Positions 29,770-39,995 of a DNA stretch of 53,122 nucleotides are shown here, in pieces. The notes beneath the pieces were generated by a model that saw nothing but the letters and a program-made list of their open reading frames with translations, was not told the DNA's origin and made no database searches. Origin of the DNA: Anaerolineales bacterium (lineage in GTDB: Bacteria; Chloroflexota; Anaerolineae; Anaerolineales; UBA11858); the NCBI GenBank assembly GCA_018335275.1, contig JAGXKM010000001.1:74154-127275 (forward strand), in the 5' to 3' direction. The position numbers were made by a program, and so were the translations under genes. Position 1 is the first letter of the stretch, and every line of letters starts with the position of its first letter.

Positions 29770-30624
29770 ATGACTTCAGACACTTTTTCCTTCAAAATGG
29801 GATCATTCCAGTTCACCACAATCGCGGATGGGGTGAGCAAACGTGATTTCCAAAGCGTCGCGGACCTATTCCCTGACGCCCCCCGCCCCTCTTTTCTCAA
29901 AGCTCTTAAAGAAGAACACGCAAACCAGCAGCCTTTGGATTGGTCCATGAACTGCCTTTTCGTTCAAACAAGAGATCACAATATTCTTGTGGATACAGGC
30001 ATTGGACCGCGGGAAGAGGGCAAGAGCGGGCAGCTTATGGACCGCCTGAAAGGGATCTCAGAACTTTCCTCGGTCGACACGGTGATCATCACCCACTGTC
30101 ATGGGGACCACATTGGAGGACTGGTCAATGCGGAAGGCAAATTGACATTTCCCAACGCTGATTACTTGATGCAGGATTCGGAGTGGGAGCATTGGATGGG
30201 TGAGGAAGGAGTAGTAGAAAAAGCAAATCAAGAGTATGCTCACACCCTGCGCTCGAAACTGCACCCCATCCAGGAACGAACTGACTTTTTCAAAGGGAAA
30301 AAAGAACTGCTGCCTGGCATCTGGTCCGTCCCCGCCCCGGGGCACACTCCCGGGCACATTGGCCTATTGTTTGAAAGCGAAGGCCAGACTCTCCTCGACC
30401 TCAGCGATACGCTGCACACCAGGGTACAATTCACACACCCTGATTGGTCTCCCCGATTTGATACGGACGGGAAGAAAGCAGCTCAGACACGAAGAGAAAT
30501 GTTAACTATCGCCGCAGAAGAACATCACCTCACCCTTTTTTATCACCTGGCGCACCCCGGTCTGGGAACCATACAACAGAAGGGGGAAGGTTTTAAATGG
30601 CAGCCCAGGGAGGGTGAACATTAA
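29770..30624 (+). CDS. MBL-fold metallo-hydrolase (lactonase/organophosphate hydrolase-like)
   Basis: VDTG, THCHGDHIGG, PGHTPGH, SD, YH. Confidence 0.9.
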   Translation: MTSDTFSFKMGSFQFTTIADGVSKRDFQSVADLFPDAPRPSFLKALKEEHANQQPLDWSMNCLFVQTRDHNILVDTGIGPREEGKSGQLMDRLKGISELSSVDTVIITHCHGDHIGGLVNAEGKLTFPNADYLMQDSEWEHWMGEEGVVEKANQEYAHTLRSKLHPIQERTDFFKGKKELLPGIWSVPAPGHTPGHIGLLFESEGQTLLDLSDTLHTRVQFTHPDWSPRFDTDGKKAAQTRREMLTIAAEEHHLTLFYHLAHPGLGTIQQKGEGFKWQPREGEH

Positions 30625-30639
30625 CACTGGACATGGATC

Positions 30640-30978
30640 ATGAAAACACCCGCTGGTCAGGAATGCCGTTACTTTTATGGAGATTATCACCGCGGCAGGA
30701 ACCGCGAAGAATGCCGTCTATTAAATTCTGCGAACCCGCCCCAAGAATGGAATCCGCAATTATGTTTCACGTGCCCCGTTCCGGGAATCCTGCAGGCCAA
30801 CGCCTGCGAACACATGAAGCTTAAACCCACTGTCCACCGCCCCTTTTTCATCCTCAAACCCCGGGTAAAAATTGAAGCTTACTGCGAGAAAACGAAGCGG
30901 ATTGTAGAAGAACCGCATGTAGGATGTGGGGAATGCCACGATTTACCCGATGTATTCCTAGGGCAAGATGAGAGATAA
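30640..30978 (+). CDS. Cys-rich hypothetical protein (8 Cys)
   Basis: 112-aa ORF following the MBL gene; CxxC and GCxxCH motifs. Confidence 0.75.
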   Translation: MKTPAGQECRYFYGDYHRGRNREECRLLNSANPPQEWNPQLCFTCPVPGILQANACEHMKLKPTVHRPFFILKPRVKIEAYCEKTKRIVEEPHVGCGECHDLPDVFLGQDER

Positions 30979-31054
30979 CATCCAAAAGCAGCTAGCTACA
31001 CACAGGCCATCAACCTGTTTTTTCCTCTGATGGAACGCCATCAGGACCGGCAAT

Positions 31055-32797
31055 CTATAAGGGCCCTTTCCGCCCAAATCTCCTTTCCAATAAATCCACC
31101 GGGAGGTGGATCATTGTCGGCCGTCCGTGTGGACAGGTCCGGGGTGACTCACAGGCTTCTAAATCCCGCAACAAGGCTTTTTGTTCTGTGGAAGACAACA
31201 CCTGCCCGGCTTTCACAGCTGCTCTCTTGCACACCCGAGCAATGATTTTTTGTTCAATTTTCTCTGCCAGAGGGCTTTCATCTACCTCCAACTCCTGAAC
31301 CACAGACCGCAGCGCTTCAGCCGGGGAAACATCCCCTAAAAGGGATGGAATGGCTCTGAGGACAAAGGTATGGGGACCGAACGCTTCGACCTTGAAACCC
31401 AAGCCATTGAGCAGGGAGAGCTTTTCCTCCAACAAATCAGCGGTCGCTGGAGGAAATTCCACCTGCACTGAATCCAGAAGCCTTTGAGAGTGGATGGTAT
31501 CCCCTCTTTCCTTGAGAAATTTTTCAAATAAAACCCTCTCGTGTGCGGCATGTTGATCGATCAAATACAGGCCATCCGGTCCCTCCGCGATCAGATATGT
31601 CGCGGCTACCTGGCCGATCAAACGGAGGATGGGTGTTTTCAGGGAAGCAGCTCCTTGATCGGAGCCCTTTCCTGATCCTGCGAGATCTGCCTTATCAACT
31701 TCAGCTGACATCCGCCAGGCAGGGTCAATAGTTTGGTCAACCTCTCTTCGCTCAGCACCTCTTCCCCCCCACAGATTGCGACCCCAGGGCTTTCCAACTT
31801 CGGGAACAGGGGTATTTGCCAGCAGTGCGCGACGAACCGCTTTACTGACCCCTTTGAAGATCTCCCCCTTGTTTCGAAACCTGACTTCCGCTTTGGCAGG
31901 ATGGACATTGACATCGACCCTCTCCGGCTCCACATCCAAGAATAAGACAGCGATCGGGAACCGCCCTTTCATCAACATGGTGTGATAGCCTTGCGTGAGG
32001 GCTTTGTTGAGAGCGATATCTTTCACCGGCCTCCTGTTTACAAAAAATTTCATTTCCCTGCGGTTGGATCGCGTCTTGTCCGGCGGACTGATGAACCCTT
32101 CAATCCCCATATCATTTTCTTCAGCGACCACAGCGATCATCTGTTTCGCTGTATCCACTCCATAGATGACAGCCAACACTTCCCGCAGGTCGCCAGCTCC
32201 GCTGGTCTGCATCGACGTCTGACTCCCATGACGCAACTGGAATCGGACTTCAGGGTAGGCGAGAGCGTAATTCGTCACCACCCTGTCAATGTGGCGGCGT
32301 TCCGTGCGATCCGTCTTAAGAAATTTTAGACGTGCCGGAACATTATAGAAAAGGTTTTCCACCCGGACTACCGTGCCTGAGGGACCTCCTACCGGCTGCA
32401 CTTCACCAGCCTCTCCGCCCTCCACCCGGAGGGCACCTCCCACCTCATCTTCTTTTCTGCGGGATGTTATTCTCATTTGGGAAACGGAGCCAATGGAAGA
32501 CAAAGCCTCACCCCGAAAACCCAGTGTTGAGACTTTGAACAATTCATCCGCTGTGCTCAGTTTGCTGGTCGCATGCCGCACCGTGGTCAGAGATAAATCC
32601 TCCCTCGAGATGCCCGCTCCGTTGTCCGAGACCTCAATCAGCCCTTTCCCCGCCCCCTTTACTTGGATCTCAATCTCTCTGGCTCCAGCATCAAGAGCGT
32701 TTTCAATCAACTCTTTGACCACGGAGGCTGGCCTTTCTACCACCTCTCCTGCTGCGATTTGCGAGGCCACTTCATCAGATAATATCTTGATCGCCAT
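31055..32797 (-). CDS. mutL: DNA mismatch repair endonuclease MutL
   Basis: IAAGEVVERP, ENALDAGA, HATSK, GFRGEAL, DQHAAHER, CPHGRP. Confidence 0.98.
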   Translation of the reverse strand: MAIKILSDEVASQIAAGEVVERPASVVKELIENALDAGAREIEIQVKGAGKGLIEVSDNGAGISREDLSLTTVRHATSKLSTADELFKVSTLGFRGEALSSIGSVSQMRITSRRKEDEVGGALRVEGGEAGEVQPVGGPSGTVVRVENLFYNVPARLKFLKTDRTERRHIDRVVTNYALAYPEVRFQLRHGSQTSMQTSGAGDLREVLAVIYGVDTAKQMIAVVAEENDMGIEGFISPPDKTRSNRREMKFFVNRRPVKDIALNKALTQGYHTMLMKGRFPIAVLFLDVEPERVDVNVHPAKAEVRFRNKGEIFKGVSKAVRRALLANTPVPEVGKPWGRNLWGGRGAERREVDQTIDPAWRMSAEVDKADLAGSGKGSDQGAASLKTPILRLIGQVAATYLIAEGPDGLYLIDQHAAHERVLFEKFLKERGDTIHSQRLLDSVQVEFPPATADLLEEKLSLLNGLGFKVEAFGPHTFVLRAIPSLLGDVSPAEALRSVVQELEVDESPLAEKIEQKIIARVCKRAAVKAGQVLSSTEQKALLRDLEACESPRTCPHGRPTMIHLPVDLLERRFGRKGPL

Positions 32798-32803
32798 GGG
32801 CAT

Positions 32804-32900
32804 ATTATACCGGAGGAGGAACCGGGTTGGAATCCATCAAGACCAGGAAAACGAGTTCCTGCTCGACTAAGCCATGATCGGATCCACCATCATGTATAAT
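32804..32900. promoter_or_regulatory. Divergent pair of leaderless-type -10 boxes (mutL and HAD gene)
   Basis: TATAAT-N6-ATG on the minus strand (32809-32804, ATG 32797) and on the plus strand (32895-32900, ATG 32907). Confidence 0.65.
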
Positions 32901-32906
32901 GCAGTC

Positions 32907-33560
32907 ATGACATATACCACCCTCTTCTTCGACCTTGACGCCACGCTTTACCCAGCTTCAAGCGGGCTGTGGTTTAAGATCAAGGACCGGATTCATGAAT
33001 TCATGATGGACCATTTGGGGCTGACAGAGCAGGAAGCGAGCAGCCTGCGTGAGGATTATTATCTGCAATATGGAACCACACTGGATGGGTTGATGCGCCA
33101 TCACCATGTAGATCCTGAAGGGTACCTTAAGTTTGTGCATGATATCCCCTTAGAGAAATTTATCAGCTATTCCCCCGCCCTGAAAGAGATTCTGACCAGT
33201 TTACCTCAGGCATTATGGGTTTTCACGAATTCCGATCGTGAGCACGCAAAACGTGTCCTGAATATACTTAACTTAGAGCATGTATTCCAAGGCATCGTGG
33301 ACGTCCACGCTCTGGATTTCGAGGCAAAACCTCATCCCAGGGCATACCGAAAAGCGCTCGCGCTCGCCAGGATCCAAACCCCTTCAAAATGCGTCCTCTT
33401 TGATGATTTATCTCAAAACCTGCTCCCCGCCAATGAACTTGGCTTTTACACAGTGATAGTCAACGAAAATAACCTGGATGATCACCCAGCTGATATTCAC
33501 ATCCACTCCTTACTTGATTTGCCCCACAAGCTGCCTATGTTATGGAAAGGTGAGGATTGA
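32907..33560 (+). CDS. HAD-family pyrimidine 5'-nucleotidase (SDT1-like)
   Basis: FFDLDATLY, YGTTL.GL, FTN, KP, FDD..NL. Confidence 0.88.
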   Translation: MTYTTLFFDLDATLYPASSGLWFKIKDRIHEFMMDHLGLTEQEASSLREDYYLQYGTTLDGLMRHHHVDPEGYLKFVHDIPLEKFISYSPALKEILTSLPQALWVFTNSDREHAKRVLNILNLEHVFQGIVDVHALDFEAKPHPRAYRKALALARIQTPSKCVLFDDLSQNLLPANELGFYTVIVNENNLDDHPADIHIHSLLDLPHKLPMLWKGED

Positions 33561-33694
33561 AAAGGAAACTTCACTCCCCTACTCCTCCCACATCCATCAC
33601 TCAGCGGTGAATCCCTTCAGATCTGGTTCCATACCCACTTGATCCTATCCGGAGCAGACCAACTCTCACAGACTACCCCAAAATATACATACTT

Positions 33695-33723
33695 TTGACA
33701 ATCTTCTTACTTCGTGTTAACCT
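33695..33723 (+). promoter_or_regulatory. Probable sigma70 promoter of the protease operon
   Basis: TTGACA-N17-TAACCT with a TGn extension. Confidence 0.5.
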
Positions 33724-33759
33724 CATTGTGCTATCTTAGATATTGAACCTCACCCGAAT

Positions 33760-35049
33760 ATGGAGCAAGCAATGAACAGAAAAACACGCATCCTGCTGGG
33801 AATTTTCGCTGGCCTAATAGTAATTGCAGGCAGCTTTTCAACAGGTTTGATTGTCGGTAATGTCTTTACTCCAGAAAGCATCTTGCCTGGGACCCTTATC
33901 GAAGGTAGGTCTCCAGAATCTTCAATATCACTTCCCAGTCAAACCACCCCATCAATGGAGGAAGAATCAACCAGCAGAGAAGAATTATTTGAACCCTTCT
34001 GGCAAACATGGGAAATCATTCATGAACAATATGTGGACCAGCCAGTAGATGAAGCATCCCTGATGAGGGGAGCCATTTCTGGCATGCTGGATTCCCTGGA
34101 TGACCCTCACACCTCTTACATGGACCCCTTTCAATATGAACAGGCCAATATACCGATGAGCGGTGAATACGAAGGGATCGGCGCCTGGGTTGATCCAACA
34201 GGAAAATACCTCGAAATCATCAGCCCCATGCCCAATTCGCCTGCAAAAGAAGCGGGTTTAGAACCCGGTGACAAAGTCATCGAAGTAAACGGTGAAGACA
34301 TGACGGGCATAGACGGAAACCTGGTCATCAAAGAGATTTTGGGACCCGCGGGGACGGATGTGGTGCTGACCATAGAAAGGGAAGGAGAACCTGAACCTTT
34401 TGATGTCACTGTCACCCGAGAAAAAATTACCATCCCCAGTGTGGAATATCGGATGCTTGAAGGTGAGAATATCGCCTATCTGCAGTTGATTACTTTCGGA
34501 CAGGATACACGCGGTGATTTACGGGACGCATTACAAGACCTGCTATCCCAGGACCCGGATGGATTGATCTTTGATCTCAGGAATAACGGCGGTGGGTATT
34601 TACAAACCGCTGTGTCTGTTGCCTCAGAATTCATCGATGAAGGCGTCATCCTATATGAGGATTTCGGGGACGAGGAAGACATGAAAACATACCGGGCCCA
34701 AAGAGGGGGCTTGGCGACCGATATCCCTCTAGTGGTGCTAGTCAACGAGGGTTCAGCTTCCGCTTCTGAGATCGTTGCCGGTGCCATTCAGGATCTTGAC
34801 CGGGGCGTGCTGGTAGGAATGACCACTTTTGGAAAAGGATCCGTCCAAAATTGGATTGAGCTTGACAACGAACAGGGCGCAGTCCGGGTCACGATCGCCC
34901 GCTGGTTGACTCCTGACAAACGCCAGATCCGCGAAAAAGGTCTCACGCCAAAATTTGAGGTGGAATTGACAGAAGAAGACATACAGAATGAAGAAGATCC
35001 CCAACTGGATAAAGCAATCGAGGTCATGAACGACCTCTTAGAAGAATAA
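33760..35049 (+). CDS. S41 carboxyl-terminal processing protease (CtpA-like, PDZ)
   Basis: N-terminal TM, DPHTSY, GIGA, DLRNNGGG, SASASEIVAGA, TFGKGSVQ. Confidence 0.95.
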   Translation: MEQAMNRKTRILLGIFAGLIVIAGSFSTGLIVGNVFTPESILPGTLIEGRSPESSISLPSQTTPSMEEESTSREELFEPFWQTWEIIHEQYVDQPVDEASLMRGAISGMLDSLDDPHTSYMDPFQYEQANIPMSGEYEGIGAWVDPTGKYLEIISPMPNSPAKEAGLEPGDKVIEVNGEDMTGIDGNLVIKEILGPAGTDVVLTIEREGEPEPFDVTVTREKITIPSVEYRMLEGENIAYLQLITFGQDTRGDLRDALQDLLSQDPDGLIFDLRNNGGGYLQTAVSVASEFIDEGVILYEDFGDEEDMKTYRAQRGGLATDIPLVVLVNEGSASASEIVAGAIQDLDRGVLVGMTTFGKGSVQNWIELDNEQGAVRVTIARWLTPDKRQIREKGLTPKFEVELTEEDIQNEEDPQLDKAIEVMNDLLEE

Positions 35050-35066
35050 GAGCAGGAAAGGTTACT

Positions 35067-35768
35067 ATGTTTTATCTTAACCCCCAATATTTACTTTACA
35101 TGGCTCCCGCTTTGCTGGTCATGTTCCTGGCACAGTGGTACGTGAAATCGACCTATCGCAAATGGGGCCAGGTGCCGGCCCGTTCCCGGATCAACGGCGC
35201 GGAAGCTGCCCAACGGTTGAAGTCATCCGGTGGATTGCACGACGTCCAGATCCAAAGCGTACAGGGCGAACTCAACGATCACTATGACCCCAGGAAAAAG
35301 GTACTCAAACTTTCTCGGGACGTTTCCCAAGGTCAGTCTGTCGCGTCTTTGGCGATCGCTGCCCACGAACTGGGCCATGCCATGCAGGACAAAGAAGGAT
35401 ACCTGCCTTTACAATTCAGATCCATGCTGGTTCCCGCTGTGAACATAGGATCCACCCTGGGCTGGATTCTGATCATGGTCGGTTTATTAATCAATCTTAC
35501 AGGACTGGCATGGTTGGGTGTGGTCGCTTTCTCTGGGGGCGCGGTCTTCGCTCTCGCTACCCTACCTGTAGAAATTAACGCCTCAGCCAGGGCAAAGAAA
35601 CTGCTTAACCAATCCGGTCTTATCCAAGGACAAAAGGAAAAAGAAGGTGTAAACAAAGTTCTCAATGCCGCTGCTCTGACCTATGTGGCTTCCCTATTCA
35701 CCGCTGTGATGCAGCTTTTATACTGGATTTCACTGGTCTCTGGTTCTGGCGGCAGACGGCGGCGATAA
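35067..35768 (+). CDS. Membrane zinc metallopeptidase (YugP-like)
   Basis: DHYDP, AAHELGHA, TLPVE.NAS.RA, AAALTYVA. Confidence 0.92.
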   Translation: MFYLNPQYLLYMAPALLVMFLAQWYVKSTYRKWGQVPARSRINGAEAAQRLKSSGGLHDVQIQSVQGELNDHYDPRKKVLKLSRDVSQGQSVASLAIAAHELGHAMQDKEGYLPLQFRSMLVPAVNIGSTLGWILIMVGLLINLTGLAWLGVVAFSGGAVFALATLPVEINASARAKKLLNQSGLIQGQKEKEGVNKVLNAAALTYVASLFTAVMQLLYWISLVSGSGGRRRR

Positions 35769-35806
35769 CCAGAACAGGGGGATTCGAGAGCGCCCTGAAG
35801 GGAGAG

Positions 35807-36967
35807 ATGGACATGAAAAAGCCCGTGTGGATCATTGGATTACTGCTCCTGAGCATAACCTCTGCAGTAATTGGAGGGGTAAGTGGAGGCTACCTTACCT
35901 ATACGAGGTTGGAGGGTCAGAAAACAGCGCAACCGCTATCCACTGAGACACCCCTCCCTACAAATTTACCACCTACATCAAGACCTGCCCCTACCCAAAT
36001 ACCAGCCTCGGATTATTCCACCACGATCACAGATGTCGTGGAAAAGACCTCCCCTGCGGTGGTCACTGTCGTGGTTAACATCCCAGGAGAAGTTAGCATC
36101 TTTGGACAGGCTCCCGATCAAGAGGGAAGTGGAAGCGGGGTGATTATCTCACCAGATGGGTATATCATCACAAACAATCATGTTGTGGAAAACGCCAAAG
36201 AAGTCGAAGTCATCCTTGCTGGCGGAAACAGATTCCCCGCAGAAATCGTAGGCACAGACGCGTTCGATGATTTAGCAGTTTTAAAAATCGATAGAGAGCA
36301 AGCATGCTTCCCGATCAAGTTTGGTAACTCAGAGATGCTCTCTCCTGGAGAAACGGTAATCGCCATCGGGTCACCCCTGGGAAAATTCCAGAACACGGTC
36401 ACTGTGGGCGTGGTCAGCGCTACAGACCGCGATCTGCAGGTGAGTGCAAACTATCAGATGGAAGGCTTGATCCAGACGGACGCTGCCATCAATCAAGGAA
36501 ATTCAGGGGGCCCTTTATTTAACATGAAGGGAGAGGTGATCGGCATCAATACCCTTATCGTCCGCGGGGGCGTTTCCACAGCGGCAGAAGGATTAGGATT
36601 TGCCATCCCTTCCAACAAGGCTAAAGTCGTCTCGGAGCAAATCATCCAGCAAGGATACTTTGCACGCCCATATCTGGGTATCAGGTGGGAATGGATCACG
36701 CCGGGGATCGCTGACGCCTACAGCCTTCCCGTGGAATGGGGTGCTTATATATCTGGCGTGGCCGAAAACACCCCTGCTGAGGAAGCAGGACTACAGGACG
36801 GTGACATCATCGTTCAATTTGGTGACCGGGAACTCAACGAAAATAACCCGTTTATCAACGCGCTGTATGACCATTCCCCGGGTGAGAAAGTTAATTTGTC
36901 TGTGATAAGAGAACAAGAAACTGTAGAAATTGAGGTCACCCTCGGAGAACAACCTGGGACTGATTAG
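35807..36967 (+). CDS. HtrA/DegP-family serine protease with PDZ
   Basis: TM, GSGVI, TNNHVV, DLAV, QTDAAINQGNSGGPL, PDZ. Confidence 0.95.
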   Translation: MDMKKPVWIIGLLLLSITSAVIGGVSGGYLTYTRLEGQKTAQPLSTETPLPTNLPPTSRPAPTQIPASDYSTTITDVVEKTSPAVVTVVVNIPGEVSIFGQAPDQEGSGSGVIISPDGYIITNNHVVENAKEVEVILAGGNRFPAEIVGTDAFDDLAVLKIDREQACFPIKFGNSEMLSPGETVIAIGSPLGKFQNTVTVGVVSATDRDLQVSANYQMEGLIQTDAAINQGNSGGPLFNMKGEVIGINTLIVRGGVSTAAEGLGFAIPSNKAKVVSEQIIQQGYFARPYLGIRWEWITPGIADAYSLPVEWGAYISGVAENTPAEEAGLQDGDIIVQFGDRELNENNPFINALYDHSPGEKVNLSVIREQETVEIEVTLGEQPGTD

Positions 36968-37276
36968 TGAGCAGGCTGATTAGAATCATATTGGATAAAA
37001 TTTTTTCCCCAACCCTCCTTCTTTTTTCTTGCTGAATAAACGCTTTGACCTTTTTATGAATGAGGACAAAGCGCACCTTCATCCCCCATCCTCAAACTGA
37101 TTTCAGGACCCAACAGGTTAGAAACATAATAAAAATCTTTCATAATCCTTTCAATGATGTCAGGAAAACCCCAGAAAACCAATAAACCTCCCGGATAATA
37201 TCCTCCAACTTCCCATCAAAATAAGTTTGAAAGAAAGAAGAACGCTCCTAGAAATGTTTGATGCTATAATCTCCCC

Positions 37277-38278
37277 ATGCGAAAATTTATCATTGCCATA
37301 GCTATATTGTTCGGGATCGTTTTCATCGCTGGTCATTTCTCAGAAGTAGAACGGGTCTGGAACACCTTGCAAAGGGGAGATTGGCGTTACCTTCTCCTCA
37401 GCTTCATTCTGGTCTTTGCCTGGTTGGGAACCATCGCTGGTTCCTATAAAAAAATCTTTCATGCGGTCGGCATAGACGAAAAATTAACCCGCCTGGGGAT
37501 CTTATCCGCTGCAGCCACCTTTATCAACACGGTCGCTCCCTCCGCGGGGATCGGGGGCATGACCATATTCATCACAGATGCCCAACAAAATGGGAAATCC
37601 GGGGCCCGGACGATGGTCGCTGGCGCCTTATACGTGATTTATGATTATCTGGGTTTCTTTTTCCTTCTGGGATTGGGCTTAATCGTCCTCTTCCGGCGGA
37701 ATAATCTGAACTTGACGCAGATCATCGCCTCTGCCATTTTATTACTTATCTGCGGGGGAATGAGTTTCTTGCTTTACCTCGGCCTCAAATCTGAGGAAGC
37801 TCTTTCTGATGCCCTAGCCTGGTTAGCAAAAAAGGGAAACCGTTTCTTTCACATTTTCTCAAAAAAGGATCGCTTCTCTGTGCAGAACGCCCGGAATTTC
37901 GCTCACGACGCGGTGGAAGGGATCGCTGAGTTAAGGCGCACGCCCACCGATCTCATTTACCCGCTTCTTTTAGCCTTATCCAATAAAAGCATCCTTTTCC
38001 TGATCTTCTTTTTGATCTTCAGGGCCTTCCAGGTCCCTATCTCCATCGGCACCTTGGTCGCCGGGACCAGCCTGGCATATTTGTTCCGCATCGTTTCCCC
38101 TACCCCCTCGGGTGTAGGTGTGGTCGAAGGGCTGCTCACATTAGCGCTCCGTTCCATGTATGTTCCGGGAAATGATGCCCTGGTCATTACCCTCGCCTAC
38201 CGGGGGGTGACATTCTGGTTTCCCCTCCTTATTGGAGGCATCGCATTTCGTTGGCTGGGATCCCCCAGTACATCTTAA
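37277..38278 (+). CDS. Lysylphosphatidylglycerol-synthase TM / flippase-like membrane protein
   Basis: Multi-TM; N..P...GG, PTPSGVGVVE, LAYR motifs. Confidence 0.85.
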   Translation: MRKFIIAIAILFGIVFIAGHFSEVERVWNTLQRGDWRYLLLSFILVFAWLGTIAGSYKKIFHAVGIDEKLTRLGILSAAATFINTVAPSAGIGGMTIFITDAQQNGKSGARTMVAGALYVIYDYLGFFFLLGLGLIVLFRRNNLNLTQIIASAILLLICGGMSFLLYLGLKSEEALSDALAWLAKKGNRFFHIFSKKDRFSVQNARNFAHDAVEGIAELRRTPTDLIYPLLLALSNKSILFLIFFLIFRAFQVPISIGTLVAGTSLAYLFRIVSPTPSGVGVVEGLLTLALRSMYVPGNDALVITLAYRGVTFWFPLLIGGIAFRWLGSPSTS

Positions 38279-38283
38279 GCATT

Positions 38284-38772
38284 TTAGGAAAAGCGTTCAT
38301 CGCTGCGCTTATCTTTGACCTCATCTTTTACCCGATCGATCCACCCCGCTCTCACCCCCTCGGGCCGGTCAAAATATGGGACATAAGGTTTCAGATCGAG
38401 AAGGGGCGTTTGATCGATCACATCCACGTTTTCAATTTCCAGTACATTCCCCTGGATTTTCAGGAGTTTCACTACAGATAACCCTATGGGATTGGGTCGT
38501 AAGGGGGCCCTGGTAGCGAACACCCCCCTTTCTTGGTCATCCAAAAAGGGTGTTACCGTCAATTTATACTCTTCCACACGATCAAAATCATAGATGAGAA
38601 TTAAATGGGAGAATCCGTCTAAGTCATTTAAGCCGGATTGGAATTGGGCTTGGATCACGACCTTTCCCTGCACACCCTTTGCAGCGCTGGGTTGAATAGG
38701 CATACCTGTCGCTTTTGTAAAAGGGCTTAATATCCTCCCTATGGGTAGATATTCAACAGTATCGATCGCCAC
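38284..38772 (-). CDS. trmO: tRNA m6t6A37 methyltransferase TrmO (TsaA) family
   Basis: PIG.I.SPF, L.GFSH, GVFATRAP.RPNPIGLS, TP.LDLKPY. Confidence 0.88.
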   Translation of the reverse strand: MAIDTVEYLPIGRILSPFTKATGMPIQPSAAKGVQGKVVIQAQFQSGLNDLDGFSHLILIYDFDRVEEYKLTVTPFLDDQERGVFATRAPLRPNPIGLSVVKLLKIQGNVLEIENVDVIDQTPLLDLKPYVPYFDRPEGVRAGWIDRVKDEVKDKRSDERFS

Positions 38773-38835
38773 ATTTTCCTCCCGTAATGCAGTATGTCCT
38801 TTTCCCTGATAGACAACAGCTGAAGATTATTCTTA

Positions 38836-39579
38836 TCAGATTGAAGACTGAAGGACCAAGCGGACCCCAGCGTGATGAATTTGAGAAAAATTTCCACCCT
38901 GACTGAGAACCTTAAAAACAGCTGGTATGTCTTCAACCACTGATCCAGCCAACAAATCGACCCCGTAGTCATGCAGCACCGGGCTCAAGGGAGTGGTCGG
39001 ACCTAAAATGATCACATAAGCATCAGATTTGCACAGCTCTAAGAGTTCATTCAAAGTCCCGTTGATAAATGTCATCCCAGTAATTGCTACCACATCGGCC
39101 TCCGGAAGGATATCGGGGGCTGCCTTGGCCGGCAGATCAACCCCTTTGGGGTCCAAATCCAGGACATAAAAATCTTCTACCTCTTCTTGAACACGACTCA
39201 CAAATGGAAAATGACCGATAAGGGCCACTCTCTTCCCTTTCCCCCGCCGGATAATCGCTTCCGAAGCGTTCTCTTCCACCCATCTCTGGGGTTGATGGTC
39301 AATCAGAGCGTTGATAGCGGCACAACCCAGACTCCGCCTGATAGGGATCTCAGATTTAATCCAGCGAGCCATTTCAAGTCCTGAGTACGTCTCCAATTCT
39401 CCCGCTTCCGGGATCGCTGATGATCCATCGTGAGTATGTTCCGTGGGGAGTGAGGTCGCCAAACCGCACTGCTCACCGCTGCCCTTCTCAGCAACCACCG
39501 CGGTCCAGCGCAGACCAATACGAACTTTTTTTACCTTCCGGTCCATCAGCGTGTTGAGAATATCATCTGTTAAATTCAT
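38836..39579 (-). CDS. DUF364 / Rossmann-like putative metal-chelation protein
   Basis: G..WTAV, AAINAL, VALIGHFP, ITG.T.INGT, GPTTP; ATG at 39579 after AGGAG. Confidence 0.82.
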   Translation of the reverse strand: MNLTDDILNTLMDRKVKKVRIGLRWTAVVAEKGSGEQCGLATSLPTEHTHDGSSAIPEAGELETYSGLEMARWIKSEIPIRRSLGCAAINALIDHQPQRWVEENASEAIIRRGKGKRVALIGHFPFVSRVQEEVEDFYVLDLDPKGVDLPAKAAPDILPEADVVAITGMTFINGTLNELLELCKSDAYVIILGPTTPLSPVLHDYGVDLLAGSVVEDIPAVFKVLSQGGNFSQIHHAGVRLVLQSSI

Positions 39580-39923
39580 ACCGCTCCTGTCCTTTTCCTG
39601 ACCATACTGTCTTGGGATGGGCACCCTCAGAAAGACACCCTCCTGAGATCCAGGCAAGAAACCATCAAAACGTGACTTTCCCGAACGGGAAAATCCATGG
39701 CCATATGTTCGCAGAAACTCAAATCCTTTTTGAAAAATGTCTGAATATATTATATGATCTTTTCAGTACCCCATCGATCAAGTATTCGCCTTGGGGACCC
39801 AATGGCAATTCGGGCATGTCCAAAAAAAAACATTCCAAAATGCCGTTGAAGTTAACATATAAATGCTCCCAACCCCCTTCCCAAAAAGCATGTACTATGA
39901 GACAAGATCAGCCATAAACGAAT

Positions 39924-39952
39924 TTGACCAAAAGCGTCTCCCACGGTATAAT
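39924..39952 (+). promoter_or_regulatory. Sigma70 promoter of the rpmH operon
   Basis: TTGACC-N17-TATAAT. Confidence 0.75.
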
Positions 39953-39995
39953 GTCAAGCTGTAGTTGAGCAGGTTGCAAGAAGGAGGCGATTGGA

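Noticed and set aside
36968-37260. ncRNA or CRISPR array in the AT-rich intergenic gap
   Set aside because: No spaced repeats or convincing stems were seen by eye.
39600-39650. TPP or Moco riboswitch upstream of DUF364
   Set aside because: GGGTG..CTGAG resembles TPP P2-P3, but the CCTGAT/TAATGCC/GCG-AGG half is missing. The Moco core was not found.
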